A stretch of 64,000 nt of DNA, taken from Geosiphon pyriformis uo1. Lineage: Eukaryota > Fungi > Glomeromycota. The stretch's first letter is position 1, and each line of letters opens with the position of its first letter. A program made the translations under genes and the position numbers. Shown in pieces: positions 26,240 to 39,489 of this stretch. The notes below the pieces were generated by a model, which was given only the letters and a program-made list of their open reading frames with translations, searched no databases and had not been told where the DNA came from. The stretch spans positions 699,940-763,939 of the forward strand of contig JAAOMT010000239.1 of NCBI GenBank assembly GCA_016748015.1. The letters run 5' to 3'.

Positions 26240-28698
26240 TTTTTTGAAGAAAAAATAAGGCATGGTTTACTAGTTTTTGCTGACAAGATCTTTTTGTAAA
26301 TATATAGATAATCATTATACAAATTTACTGATATTTCTTAACTTGGAGATTTTAAGAAATTTGTGGATTATTTCCTGATTCAAAGAATGAGGTTTAATGT
26401 TAATAGTTTTATCCAAATGGAGACAATTGTGAACTTCCACCAAAATTTATTTTTTAAAATCATTATTCTTGATTGAAATCCTAACAATATCGGTAAAATT
26501 GGGTTTTTCTTGCTTTTACAAAATTTCATTTTAGCTTTGGTTTGGAGGCAAGCATTTTAGGTAGCCTCAGGATTCATTATAATGAAAATTTCCTATTTGG
26601 TCAATTGATTTTTACGTTAACTTTCAAATGAAAAGATTTGCTCATCAATAAAAAAATATTAATCAATTGCTTGATAATTGCTTATCAGGTGCCCTCTTTT
26701 CTGAGTCCCTCAGCATTAGCATATTTTAGTCAGGAATTCAATAGTTTTTTGATGACATGACCGAGGGCACATTTATTATCAATGCAGTAGCTCCCATCAT
26801 CAATGAAGCTTTTGTTCACGGGCACAATCTTCCAGGATATTCTTGCAGTTAACAAAGTCTTAATCTGCCGCATGCAGAGAAGGAGAGCTTCTAGCTACTA
26901 AAGAAGTGCAGGGCAAAAGCGCAAAGAAAAGGTAACAGCAGCCCGTGGCAAACGCTAGAAGACGGAAGGCATCTTCAACCGCACTTTACTAGTTAAGATG
27001 CATCCCAGCTACCTTAAAAGCAGCTATTGAAGTGATGGATGGGCTTGGCGAGATTTGCCTTTAATATTTGGTGGGATGGAGCAGGCTTCGCATCATTATG
27101 AAACAAGATGTATCACGGAACAAAGGGTGGTTAAAACCCATGACGTTTCAACCAAAAACATCTTTTCGATGATGTTTCGGTTATCTGGGCGAACCAAAGT
27201 TTTGTAGAGCCGTCATGTGTTTTGCCATGCCACTGTTTCCTACTTGGTAACAGCGAAGTCGTCACTTGAAAGGAAAAAATACATCAAGAAAACCTTGTAC
27301 ACTTTACATGGTATGTCAAAAAAAACGCGACTGAAAAATATGTACACCATCAAGTATAGAGATTCTTTGTCAGAAGTAAAATAATCTGTTGCAATCTGCT
27401 ATGATCAAGTTAGGCGTACATTGCTTTGCAATATACAATAAATGTGAATTGATTATTTATTAATGGATATTTATACAGTTGGATTCAATAGTGACCAGTG
27501 CCGAGTAAAATATCTATTTCCTGCATGACCTCAGGAGAGGAACAAAGCTTCATCAAGCAATTTCAGGAAGAGTTTCTGTCCATTACAATCCTGAAATTCC
27601 GGCATTGTATACCTCAGACCCTTTAATCCTCTATGTTACCACACTAGCTATAAGTCTTGGATCTATAGACTTCATTTCGGGTGACAACACAAACTCCCAA
27701 CTCCTCGCCCTTGGCCTTGGTTCCAGCAGACTATTTTCCGACAGTCTTTTGTCGCCTTATGATTCCTCATGTCTGACACCTCATAATCTGCTTAGATAGA
27801 CATCCGAGTTAAGCCTAAAATAGTCAAATCATACATGCAAGCAAAAATTACTTTTTTGATAATAGGAAAAACAGTACAGAAACATATATTTTTATTTGAG
27901 CAAATAAATTTAACTGAAAAATCTTGGATTCATGTTTCGAGTGATTTTTAAGCACAAATATCATTGCATTCGTAAAATATTACAACAAGGAAAATCTCAT
28001 CAGAGTTCGATTCAATTTCCCTTTTATTAAGACAGAAAGAGTTGAGGGTTAACTTATAATGGGAAGAGGCTCCTTTAAACTTCGAAACTAAGCCCAAAAA
28101 CAATAAGTGGCTTATCCGTGGAAGATTAAATCTGATGGTAAACTGGCATATTCTTGAAAATCAAAAAATCGGTTTCCTGGGTTTATAAGACACAAAGACA
28201 AGTTTAAAAAACCTAAGCGGAAAGCAATTCTATTGATCTTGGCTGTCTTTATTTAAAAGCATAAGGAGCGCAGGGCCTGACAACTCGACAAAACAGCCCC
28301 CACATGAAAAGAATTGCGCATCTTTAAAGTAAGATCGATCATCCTCTTAATTTGCGAATTTGGCCCAATCTTCATCTCGCCGCCTGGATAAAATCAAGAT
28401 CATAATAGATTTCGATTCTGGATAAAATCGTGATACAGTAGGTTTCTATTCTGGATGAAATCATAAATTGGAAAATATTAATTTCTATTTTCGGGTATTT
28501 CTAAAGAAACCTTTTTATTATTAGACCTTCTATTGGACAAATAAGGTTTGATTAAACGTTTGAGTAATTTTGGAAAATGTATTTAAAGACACCTTGACCT
28601 TTTTCTTTTTGAGGTATCTGAGATTTTAAAGCCAGATATAACAGCTACTTTTAATTCCTTTGAATATTCTTTTTCTAAATTTAATTTTATCTTGCAAA

Positions 28699-30443
28699 AT
28701 GTCTTCTTCAATTCCTCTTCGTCAACTTGGTAAAACTGGTACCATGATTCCTGCCATTGGATTGGGTTGCATGGTTAATTCATTTTCATTTTTGAATCTG
28801 AAATCAATTCGAGTACACACCATTTCTAAATAGGATTAATTATTTGATAATAGGGAATGAGCGAATTTTATGGAAGTGCTGATGATGCTCAAAGTCTCAA
28901 AGTGTTGGAACGTGCCATTGAATTGGGGTGCGCTTTTTGGAACACTTCTGATATGTATGGAAAGGGACATAATGAAGTATGTACATATTATTAAAATGTT
29001 GAGATTTGTTTAAAAAATAATGTGACCAATTATTATTTGGTAAATCTAGGAATTGATTGGCAAGGTACTCAAAGAACATCGAAATGAAGTGTTTATTGCA
29101 ACCAAATTCGGTTTGTTTTTGAATTTTTTTTGATTGGGTTCTTCCATTTCAATTAGGATATTTCCAATTTAACTATTTTTTTTTGAAGGTGTTGTTCGTG
29201 AAACTAATTACGGTTTCGATGGTAGACCAGAATATGTTCGTGAAGCTTGTGAAAAGAGTTTGAAAAGATTAGGTATTGATCAAATTGATCTTTATATTCA
29301 GCATCGGGTTGATCCTCGAACGTAAATATATTAAATTTCGTAATTGCTAAAATTCAATCTCTTCCGTATATTCTATGAAAGTCTTGTATATCCAATTATT
29401 TGCTTCAATTCCTGCATTTACATTTCTATATAGGCCAATCGAAGAGACTGTAAGGGCACTAGCAGAACTCGTGAAGGAAGGAAAAGTAAAATATATTGGA
29501 TTATCTGAATGCAGCGCAGCTAATCTTCGTCGTGCTTATAAAGTTCATCCAATTGCAGCTCTTGAGGTAAAATATCTGATTTTAGAATGGAGGAAAATAA
29601 GTTTTATTTCTTCATGATTTTTAACTTTCCTTATTTAGATTGAATATAGCCCTTGGACTCTTGATATCGAAGAAAATGGAATCCTTGAAGCGTGTAGAGA
29701 ATTAGGTGTTACGATTATAGCATATAGTCCATTGGGACGCGGGTTCTTAACTGTAAGTCAAGTTTTAGTTCATTAAGACTCTTAACTCTTTTCTTTTAAT
29801 CAGTATGATTAACTTAAAAATCTTTCACAAATGGCAGGGACAATATAGACGATTTTGCTCTAGACGATTACCGAATAACAAATCCACGTTTTGAAGGTGA
29901 AAATTTCCAAAAAAATATCGAACTCGTAAATCAATTTGAGACTTTAGCAAAGAAAAAAGGGATCTCAAACAGTGAACTATGTTTGGCTTGGGTTTTAGCT
30001 CAGGTATGAAAAATGGTTATTTGTTTCTCAAATTAGTGAAAAATATTGTTAAAAGTCTTGAATTTATTTTTACAGGGAGAGGAATTTGTGGTTATTCCGG
30101 GAACTAGGAACATCAAGTAAGTTTTTCTCGAGAATTGACTGTTTATTTGTTTAGTTTAAGTTTCCTGAAACCTCTCAAACCTTTTGCACCTTATTCTAAT
30201 TTATCTAAAAATTTCAGATATCTTGAAGAGAATGTTGGAGCCGGAAAGGTACAATTAACACCTGAAGAAATTGCCGAAATTCGGGATGTGATTAATTCTA
30301 TTAATATTTTCGGGGAACGATATCCTGATATTCTTTTGAAGGTAAACTTTTTTTGGGCATTGCTTGTTTCGTAAAATCCTAGCATTAATCGTAGTGTATT
30401 CTTTTAAATTTAAAATTTTTAGACTCTCGATTCAAGAAATTAG
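28699..30443 (+). pseudogene. AKR copy 2; 8-bp deletion in exon 7 causes a frameshift
   Basis: Catalytic D/Y/K/H intact, but caatata[agtctata]gac is deleted after 29847 relative to copy 3, giving TGA at 29892-29894. Confidence 0.85.
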
Positions 30444-30899
30444 AATTATCAACAATATTGAAACTTTTTTATACTTGAATAGATTAGCTAATTGTAACTT
30501 TTCTTCTTTGTTAATAAATAATAAATAGTTAATTAGCTATTAAAAAGCAGTAATGGCATTGTTATAAAATGAAATAAAAACTAAAAAAAACTTTTTTGGT
30601 TAATGTATGCAGGTGTGAGCACAAGAATTAATAGTTTAATGTCTAAAAAGTTGTAATACTAGTAACCTAAAGTTAAAAGTTGATTTTGCCAAATAAACAA
30701 TCTTATTTTATTTTTAATAACAAGATAGAAGTTGTACAATTAAAAAATTAAAATTTCCCAATTTCGCACCTTTGGGCGATTCTCCTTTTTTTTGTAATGA
30801 TTGAAGATTATCTTGCATACATTGTAATCCTTAACTATAATTCTTAATAACTATTTTGTTCACGTGATCCTCGACGAGAGTGATTACGATGTAAAGGTT

Positions 30900-31890
30900 T
30901 AATAGAATTGAAGTAATATGTGTAAAACCTTTAGAAAAATCATTAAATTTACAAAGTTAAAAGATGATTTATATGAACTGCTTTTGGATGAAATTATTGT
31001 TGGAGTTTTTGTTTGTTTGTTTGTTTCCTTATCGTCACCTTCCGCATTTTCTTTTGTGTATTTTTTCGACTCCTTAAACTGTATACTCACGTTTACAGGC
31101 TTATCACAAAAATTTAAAAGTTCTTCCAAAGTTCAACAGTAGAACAATTTTTAGGGTTGACATCCCAACACTTTTCCAAATATTTTAGCAATCGTAATAT
31201 TAAGTCTAATATCATTAAAACAATTTCATCATGAGAAAGCAATCGTGAGGAATATGATAAAAAGGAGCCTTTTCTGTTACCAATTCCCATCAAAACTATA
31301 AATATCCCCGACTGTCAAAAAAAAATTTCCACTTAAAACTTCTGGTTGAATGTATAGAATTACTTCATATATTCCTCTTTTTCTCCTCTGTTGCTATTGT
31401 TTTTTCATTTTTTGATGTTTAATTTTTTGCTGGTTAGATAAATTCCAGGATAATATAGGATGTTACCTAAGTGTAGGTCACGAGGAACCATACCAGCAGA
31501 ATATAGTTCTTTGAATATTTAACTAAATTAAGTAAATAAATAATAATAATTTGATTGCCTCTTTTAAAGATGTCTTTCTTAATTTTATTGCTACTTCCAT
31601 CTCTTTTCCTCATGTTTCATATTCCATTAAACCATGATAATTTATAATATCAAAACGAATAAATCCATCAATAAAGGCTGCTTTATAAATTGTACCGAAT
31701 CTTCCCTTTCTAATTTTGTTGATATTTGACAAACTCTCTCATGGAATTCACTCATAATAATTAAGAATGTTCGGTAGGTGAAGTATAGATTGGATTCTTA
31801 ATTATTTCATCAACTACTTTACTTCCACTTGATAAAGTTTTTTCAAAAAATAAGAATTTGCATGCTTCACACTTATTCACTCCATTTCGA
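30900..31890 (-). pseudogene. K5: multiply deleted kinase relic
   Basis: Fragments of the exon-1 SGxKVVDEIIKNP, RDLHLGNIL, PEV, GDIYSF, WDVNPKN and HPKAV motifs, with large internal deletions. Confidence 0.8.
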
Positions 31891-34370
31891 ATAGGTTAAA
31901 ACACGAAGAATAATCTTAATCCTTTTTTACATGCTATTTTAAATTATCTTGTTTAAACTAATTCATAAATTCATAAATTACCACTTCTTTCTGAATCACA
32001 AATAATTTGCTTAATAATGTAACTTTTTTTTAACTGAAGAATTATATGAAAATAAACATGGTTTAATTTTTCTCAATAAACTCAATATATTCAAATTTTA
32101 TTTAAAATGAATTTGCATAAAAGTTTTAAATTTAAATTTGAAAATAAATTAATTAATTTACTAAAATTGATAACTAGTCAATTTTAAATTAAAGATTTAA
32201 ATAATAATTAATAAATATAAAATAATAACATATATTAATTAATAATAAAAATTAAAAAAGCAATTTATGTTAATTTTAACTCAAGTTTCAATTAATAACA
32301 TCAAATTATTATTATTATTATTATAAATTAGTTAATTATTAATTAAAACATTAAATATATGTAATATAATACAAATATATAAAATAATAATTATATTAAA
32401 CCAATATAAATAATAATATATAAATATATATACTTAAATATAACAACATATAATTGTTAAGAAATTTGTTTTTTAAATTTGTTTTTTTATAATATATATT
32501 TTTAATATAAAATTATATTGTATTTAAACTTATAAATTATTATAAAAAATATTATTTAAAATATTAAAACTACTTAAAAATTTTAAAAATTATTTAATAA
32601 TTAAACAAATATAATTAAATTTTTTAAATATATACTTTTAAAAAACATATCTTTTTAAATAAACTAGTTTTATAATAAAAAAATTATTTTTTTTAATTTA
32701 CTTTAATAAAATTTATAAATAATTTTTAATTTTATATATAATAATATATTTAATTATTATTATTTTTTAAAAAAAACACCAAATATTTAAAAAAATTATT
32801 TTAATTTTAATTTTTTATATAGTTTATTACAATTTTTGTAAATTTTTTTGTTTAAAAATATAGTTTTTTAAAATAATTTACAAAATAATAATTTATAAAT
32901 TATTAATATGTTAAACTTTGATTTTTTTTAAACAAAATCAATATTTTTCTCATTTTCTAAAAATAAAACAAATTAAGCAATTATTTACAACTTATTTACT
33001 TTTAATATAAAATATATATATAATTCTTTTTTTTTAAAAAAATTCAGTGAAATTATTTTTTAATTCGATGAAAAAAAAAATGAATTATTTATTAAAAAAA
33101 AAATTAATTTTTTAAAATGTTTGTTAATTATTATTGTTAAATTAAATTTTTTTAAGAAAAACGATCTTATAATATATAATTTATTTATTTGTTATTTATT
33201 TATTTATTTTATTTATTTACTTATTTATTTACAAATATTGTTTGATGCAAAAATTTGGATATAATACATTAATATAATAAATATCTTTTTTTTTGGAAAA
33301 ATCAATATTAAAATTTTTTTATTATATCCCCAAATGATTTTTGTATATAATAAAATTATTATTGTTGAAATTGTTTTTCTGCATAAATTCTAGAAAATGG
33401 TTTTGATTTTTTGCTTAGTATCATAAAGAATTATTTGAGTTTTTAATTTTTTTGAGATTTATTTTAATTTCTAACAAAGAAAAAATAACGATAAATTTTA
33501 TTCTAAATAAATAAATAAATTGATGACTAATTTAAAAGTTATTATATATATTTAATATAATCAATCAGTTAAAAATAACACTGTGAAAAATCATTTTTGT
33601 TTATTGAAAAAAAAATAATGATGATGAAATTGAAAACTTCAATTTTTAATTGGTTTAAAAATAGTGTTAATCCATCAATATTTTAACGACATAAATAAAC
33701 AACTTTTTAATTAATCTATAATCATATTTAAATTTATGATAAAAATTAATAAACCTACCATTTATTAGTAAATGAAATAAAAGGATACTAAATTAAAATA
33801 TGTTTATATTTCATAATTGCCTTGATTATAACTAATATATATATTACAGTCCTAATTATAATGGCGATAGGCATGCATTTATTGCAAGCGCTTCTTCTTG
33901 AAGCTTTTAGTGAACAGAGGGATAAATAAAAATGATGGCGACGGGAATAAATATAAGATTTGATGATATCAAAAATAAAATTTACGTGTCGGCCTTTTTT
34001 GGAATTTAGAAACACGATAAGTTTTGGCCCTCGCAGAATGTGCATCACACGAAGTGTAAATATTTTTTATTAGTATTGTTGTTGTTATATAAAAGAAATT
34101 GAACTATTCATTTAATTTAGGTAACAAGACAATGTGACAATGAGAAACTTGTTTAGCGTCTCTGTGCATTATAGCTACTTAGATTTGTAGCGAATCACAG
34201 TCTGATGAATAAGGTTAATAAATTGATTTGTTACACGATGCGAAACAATATAAATAAGAACTCGCCTTTAGGACAAATAACTATAAACGTACTATCAAAT
34301 AAACCTTTAAAGAAACCCTCTTTGAATAATAACTTATTCACATTTTATCCTTTGTCCGTTATTTTATATC

Positions 34371-35871
34371 ATGGAAAACAAAGAAATTAAAAGAAAAACT
34401 CGTCTATACGCTCATGATTGCAATGAATGTCAACGTTGTCAACAGATTATTAAATATAATTCATCTAATGATTGTAGAGCATGCCAGCGCATGTTTTTCA
34501 AAAAACATTATAAAGACTTTTCAAGTGGCAATGAAGAAGTTGATAAAATAATTAAGAAACTAATCTATATTCGTAAACATAATGAATTGAATTACTATGA
34601 ATGGATTCCATGGGAGCATTTGTCGAATATCAAAGAAATTGCTAGAGGAGGGTTTGGGATAATTTATAAAGCAACCCTAATTGATGGATTAATATATGTT
34701 GGAAGTATAAAACATCATGGTTCAATGGAATATGAAAGATATAAAAAAGAGATGGAAGTAGCAATAAAAATTATAAAAACAAACAGTTCAGAAGTGTTTA
34801 AAGAGGTAACAAACTATTTATATTTATATATTAATTTAATTCACATTTACCTATTATTTATTTACTATATATATATTATCTATTTATTTAATCTTTTTTT
34901 ACACTGTGTTTTGATAGTTAAATATTCAAAGAGCTATGTTTATTAATAACGGTGGATATAGAAGTTCTTATGTCTCTAAAATATTGGGGATTACGCGAAA
35001 CGCTGAAACACTCGAGTATGGAATTGTGATGGAGTTTGCCAGACATGGAGATATGCGAAAATATTTATCAACAAATTTTCATTCTACGAGTTGGAAAGAT
35101 AAATTAGAGTTCGCGTCTGATATAGCTTCTGGACTTTCTTCAATTCATTCTTCTGGTATGGTTCATCGTGACCTACATTCGGGCAACATCCTACAATTAT
35201 ACGCTAATGTGGTAACTATTGGAGACCTCGGATTATGTCAACCTACAAACAATGAAGCAAAAACAACAACAGAGGAAAAAAAGTTATTTGGAGTGATTCC
35301 ATATATTCCACCAGAAGTTTTAAGAGGAGAAAAGTTTACAACAGCTGGTGATATTTATAGTTATGGAATGTTATTATGGGAATTATCAACAGGAAAACCT
35401 CCTTTTCATGATTGTCCTCATGACCAAATCCTTATAATAGCTATTTTAAATGGTCAAAGACCTAATATTACCTCCCCATTTATTCCACCTCCAATTGCTA
35501 AACTCATTAAAAGGTGTTGGGATGCTAATTCTAAGAATCGTCCTACTGCTAGAGAACTTACAGAAAAGTTTATGGAACTTCGATATTTGTATAATTATAA
35601 TAGGTTTAAAAGATGGATACACTTTGGGAAATCAGATAAACTAAGAAAAATAGCAAAAAATGACTCGACAACAACAAAGATAGCAATTCATCCAGAAGCA
35701 GTTTATACAAGTCGTCTTTTAACTGCTCAAATGGTCAATTTTTCAACAGGTTTGTTTATTTAATTTATAAAATGATTCATTTTATTTGCTTTAATTACAT
35801 ATTTTAACTTTCTTTTTAAAAAATTAGTCTATTTACCTGAGAGTAACAAAGTTGAAGAAAATTTTGAATGA
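34371..35871 (+). CDS. K6: TKL-like protein kinase, apparently intact, 3 exons
   Basis: All subdomain motifs in frame; same exon structure as K1; promoter 34040-34370 nearly identical to 7645-7990. Confidence 0.9.
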
Positions 35872-35997
35872 ATTTTTCATGTGTAATCGTTTAAATAAGT
35901 TTAAATAGATCTAATCATATTTATTTTTTTTTAATCATGATTTTTTAATTTTAATTATTTATATATTTAGCGAAATCATCTTTAATAAAAATATATA

Positions 35998-38724
35998 TGT
36001 CATGAGTTGGAACAGGATTTGAGTTGATTTGGGATTCTAATTCAACTTGAGTTAATTCGGAATCTTTAATTCAACACTGTGTTGATTCCGAATCAACTCA
36101 ACCAATCACATTATTTGGTTAATTGGCCAGTAAAAAGTTTTCCTTTCATTAGCCAATCAAAAAAATCAAAGTTTCGATATTTGACGCGTTTTTTTATGGC
36201 TTCCCAACATCATTTATCATCGATAAATTATGAATGGCTTACTCAAGAAACATTTTCTGATCTTCTTAAAAGCTATTTATTAGCTAGAAGTAAAAAAAGA
36301 TAAGCCAAAACTTTGCTTTCTCAAGATTACATAAACTAATGCATTAAGATATTAAAAAATACTTCTGAAGGAGAAAACTTCGATTTTAAATTAAAGTATT
36401 GGATACGCACTATCTTTTATATTGCACAAGTCGAAAGACAAGATATACTTTATCTTAAAAAACTAGTTTGTCTGAAAGAAAAATTATATGAAAAACTATG
36501 TGAATTTCATTTAGAAATAGGTCATAAAAGAATGAGCAAAACTTATAATGCAGTATAAAATATTAATTTAATTTTTTATATAAATAGATATTAATAATTT
36601 TTTATTTATAGATTAAAGATAAATATGCTTGAATGCCTAAAAATTTAGTAAAACAGTTTTGTTTTTGCTGTACTAAATGTATTATATAATAATCTTTAAC
36701 TCAACCAATAGCTGTAAATCCGATTTTAGCAAAAGACTTTATGTGCCATTTATAAGCAGACTTGGTTGATATGTATAATTGACCAAATAATTCTTATAAA
36801 TATATCTGTCATGTTTGGAATTATTTTACAAATTTTTTTTGAACTGCAGCCCTATTTTTTAAAGAAGCAAAAGAAGTAACAAGCTTTCTTTTTAAACTTT
36901 TTAACACATTTAAATCTCTAATTATTCTTTAAACTAATAATAGAAAAGAGTTTACAGCTAATATAATCAAAAAATTAACAGAAATATGACCAACTATTTA
37001 TATTATAAATGAATACCTAAGACATTCTCAATCTCAAAAATTAATTGAATAAGCAAATAATATACTTTAACAAAAACTTTCAAAATTAATAAAGAATATA
37101 AAAACTAATAATTGGTTGCATAATTTATATTAAATAACATGTAAAAAACATTATTTTTATATTAATTGAATTATTAAACAATAACTAATTTATTTTTATG
37201 TTTAAATACAATAAATACAAAAGTTTTATAATTATTGGCTTTTTACTTTATCAAATAATATTTGGAAAAAAACTTTTCATCAATTATTTTTTTTTTAAGT
37301 TTTTTTTTAAACAATTAATTATGCAAGAATAAAATTTTTTTAATAACTTAAATATAAAGCCAGCTAATAAAAAACCAATTCAACAGAAAATAAAAAGTAA
37401 TAGTAATTAGCAACAAAACAAATTACAGCAACAAAATAATTAGTAATAACAGCAAAATAACTAGTGACAAAATAACCAACAGCAACAACAAAATAATAAG
37501 TGACAAAATAATTAGTAACAACAACAATATAATATATAACAAGATAATTAGCAGCAACAAGATAATAAGTAATAAGATAACCAGCAGTAACAGCAAAATA
37601 ATTAGCAACAAAATAATAAACAACAAAATAACCAGTAGTGGCAACAAGATAACCAGTGACAAAATAATAAACAACAAGATAATTAGTAATAATAGCAAAA
37701 TATCTAATAGTTATAACAAAATAACTGGAAGCAGTAACAATAACTATTAAATCAGTAGCAACAATATAACATAGTAAATAATATTAAAAAAAATTAAGAA
37801 AAATTGAGTCATAAGTAAAAAAACTAAGCAATCTCTTAAAAAATATTGGTATTTACTTTAATAACTTTTATATTTCTTCTGTTATAATTTCAAGAAATAA
37901 GATAATATTTTTTATTATTTGCATTTTTTAATATTATTTTGTATTAATCTCATATTTTTTAATAGAATAATAATAACCAGAATAATATGCTACATAATAT
38001 TATTAATTTTTCTACTAATTATTATAAAATACACCAAATTGCTTATAATCAATATGTTAATAATATTAAAATAATACAAAAAAAAATGCTGTGTAAAAAT
38101 ATAAATTTTATGTGAATTGGAATTTTAAAGATCAATTGTTTAAGTACTAATAGAAAGTTTTTTATCTGTAAAATGATCAAAACTGTTAATAAAAAATCAT
38201 ATAAACTGAGATACAAATTAAGAATATTAAAAAAATTCTTATCACACAATAAAGTTAATACTTACTAAAACTACTAATTTCCAGAATTATGAAAAATACC
38301 AAACACTTTTATTTTTTATATAAAATAATCTTATACCAAAGTTAAAAAAAAAAAACAGATTATCAATACAATTATAAAAAAAACTGTAGAATTAATTATT
38401 GTAATTGCAAAAAAACTGGGATTTTATGTAGTATACAATGTTATAATAATAATAGTAATACTTGTAAAAATTGTAACAAATAATTAGAATTATTAAAATT
38501 GATAATAAAAAAATATGTCAAATATCAAAACTTTAATTTTTTAATTGGTTAATAAAAAGAAAACTTTTTACTGGCCAATTAACCAAATAATGTAATTAGT
38601 TAAGTTAATTCAAAATTAACACTATGTTGAATTAAAAATTTCGAATTAACTTAAGTTAAATTAGAATTTCAAATCAACTTAAATTAATACTAAATAAACT
38701 CAAATTTTGTTTTAACTTATAAAA
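35998..38724 (+). mobile_element. Ginger-type (integrase-like DDE) DNA transposon with ~200-bp TIRs, inactivated
   Basis: Left TIR 35998-36197 starts TGTCATGAG; right TIR ~38505-38724 is its mutated reverse complement; TATA on both flanks. The empty site is seen in the K8 flank (reverse complement of ~63030-63125). Confidence 0.88.
36196..38483 (+). pseudogene. Ginger / KRBA2-like integrase-transposase pseudogene
   Basis: HxxxxH...CxxC zinc motif, ADLVDM, IL*TNNRKEF (LQSDNGREF-like), RHSQSQKLIE*AN, Q/D/N-coding ~21-nt repeats (37420-37770) and Cys-rich end CNCKKTGILCSIQC..CKNC. Many C>T/G>A-type stops. Confidence 0.85.
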
Positions 38725-38973
38725 TATATATAAAGTTAATAATTTGTGATAAGTTATAATAAAAAATTATAAAAAAATAATATACTTTTATGTTATCTTA
38801 TTTTTATTTTTATTATTATTTTTTTAATATTTATAATATTAATTAAAACATTTAACTATTTTGTTTTTATATTTTTTTATATTAATTATAATAATTAAAT
38901 TAAATTTATTAATATTAATATAATCAATAATTAAAACACAAATAACAACAACAAAAACAACAACAACAATAAC

Positions 38974-39006
<33 letters not shown>

Positions 39007-39489
39007 TTTTTATAATATTTAATATAACTTTGTTTTAAACAACATAAGTAAATTTTATTTAAGCCAACATTTTTTAAAAAATGAAATTATTACCAAATTA
39101 ATAAGTAATTGATTTTTTTAACAAAAATTACAATTAAAATTATCTTTTAAATACATAATTTATTTATTATTATATTTAAAAAAATATATTTTTTTTTTTA
39201 TTATAAATAATTTTATATTTAAAATTGTGTTAATTTAAATGATTGATTGATTGATTCATTTAATTATGAACAGAAATTAAATTATTAAAATCCTTAATTT
39301 ATTTATTTAATTATGTTTTCTGGCTAAATAATTATTTTTTACACTATTTTTACTATTAAAAAAATGAATTAAACACAAAAAAATAATTATAAGTAATAAA
39401 TTTAAATTTATTTTTCAAAAAAACATTGAAATTTTTTTTAATAACAATATTAATAACTAATTTTAATATTTATTTATTTTTTTTATTTT

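Noticed and set aside
37420-37770. Poly-Leu/Ile 'membrane protein' ORF, or a CRISPR-like array
   Set aside because: It is the antisense of degenerate ~21-nt Q/D/N-coding repeats inside the Ginger transposase; there are no unique spacers.
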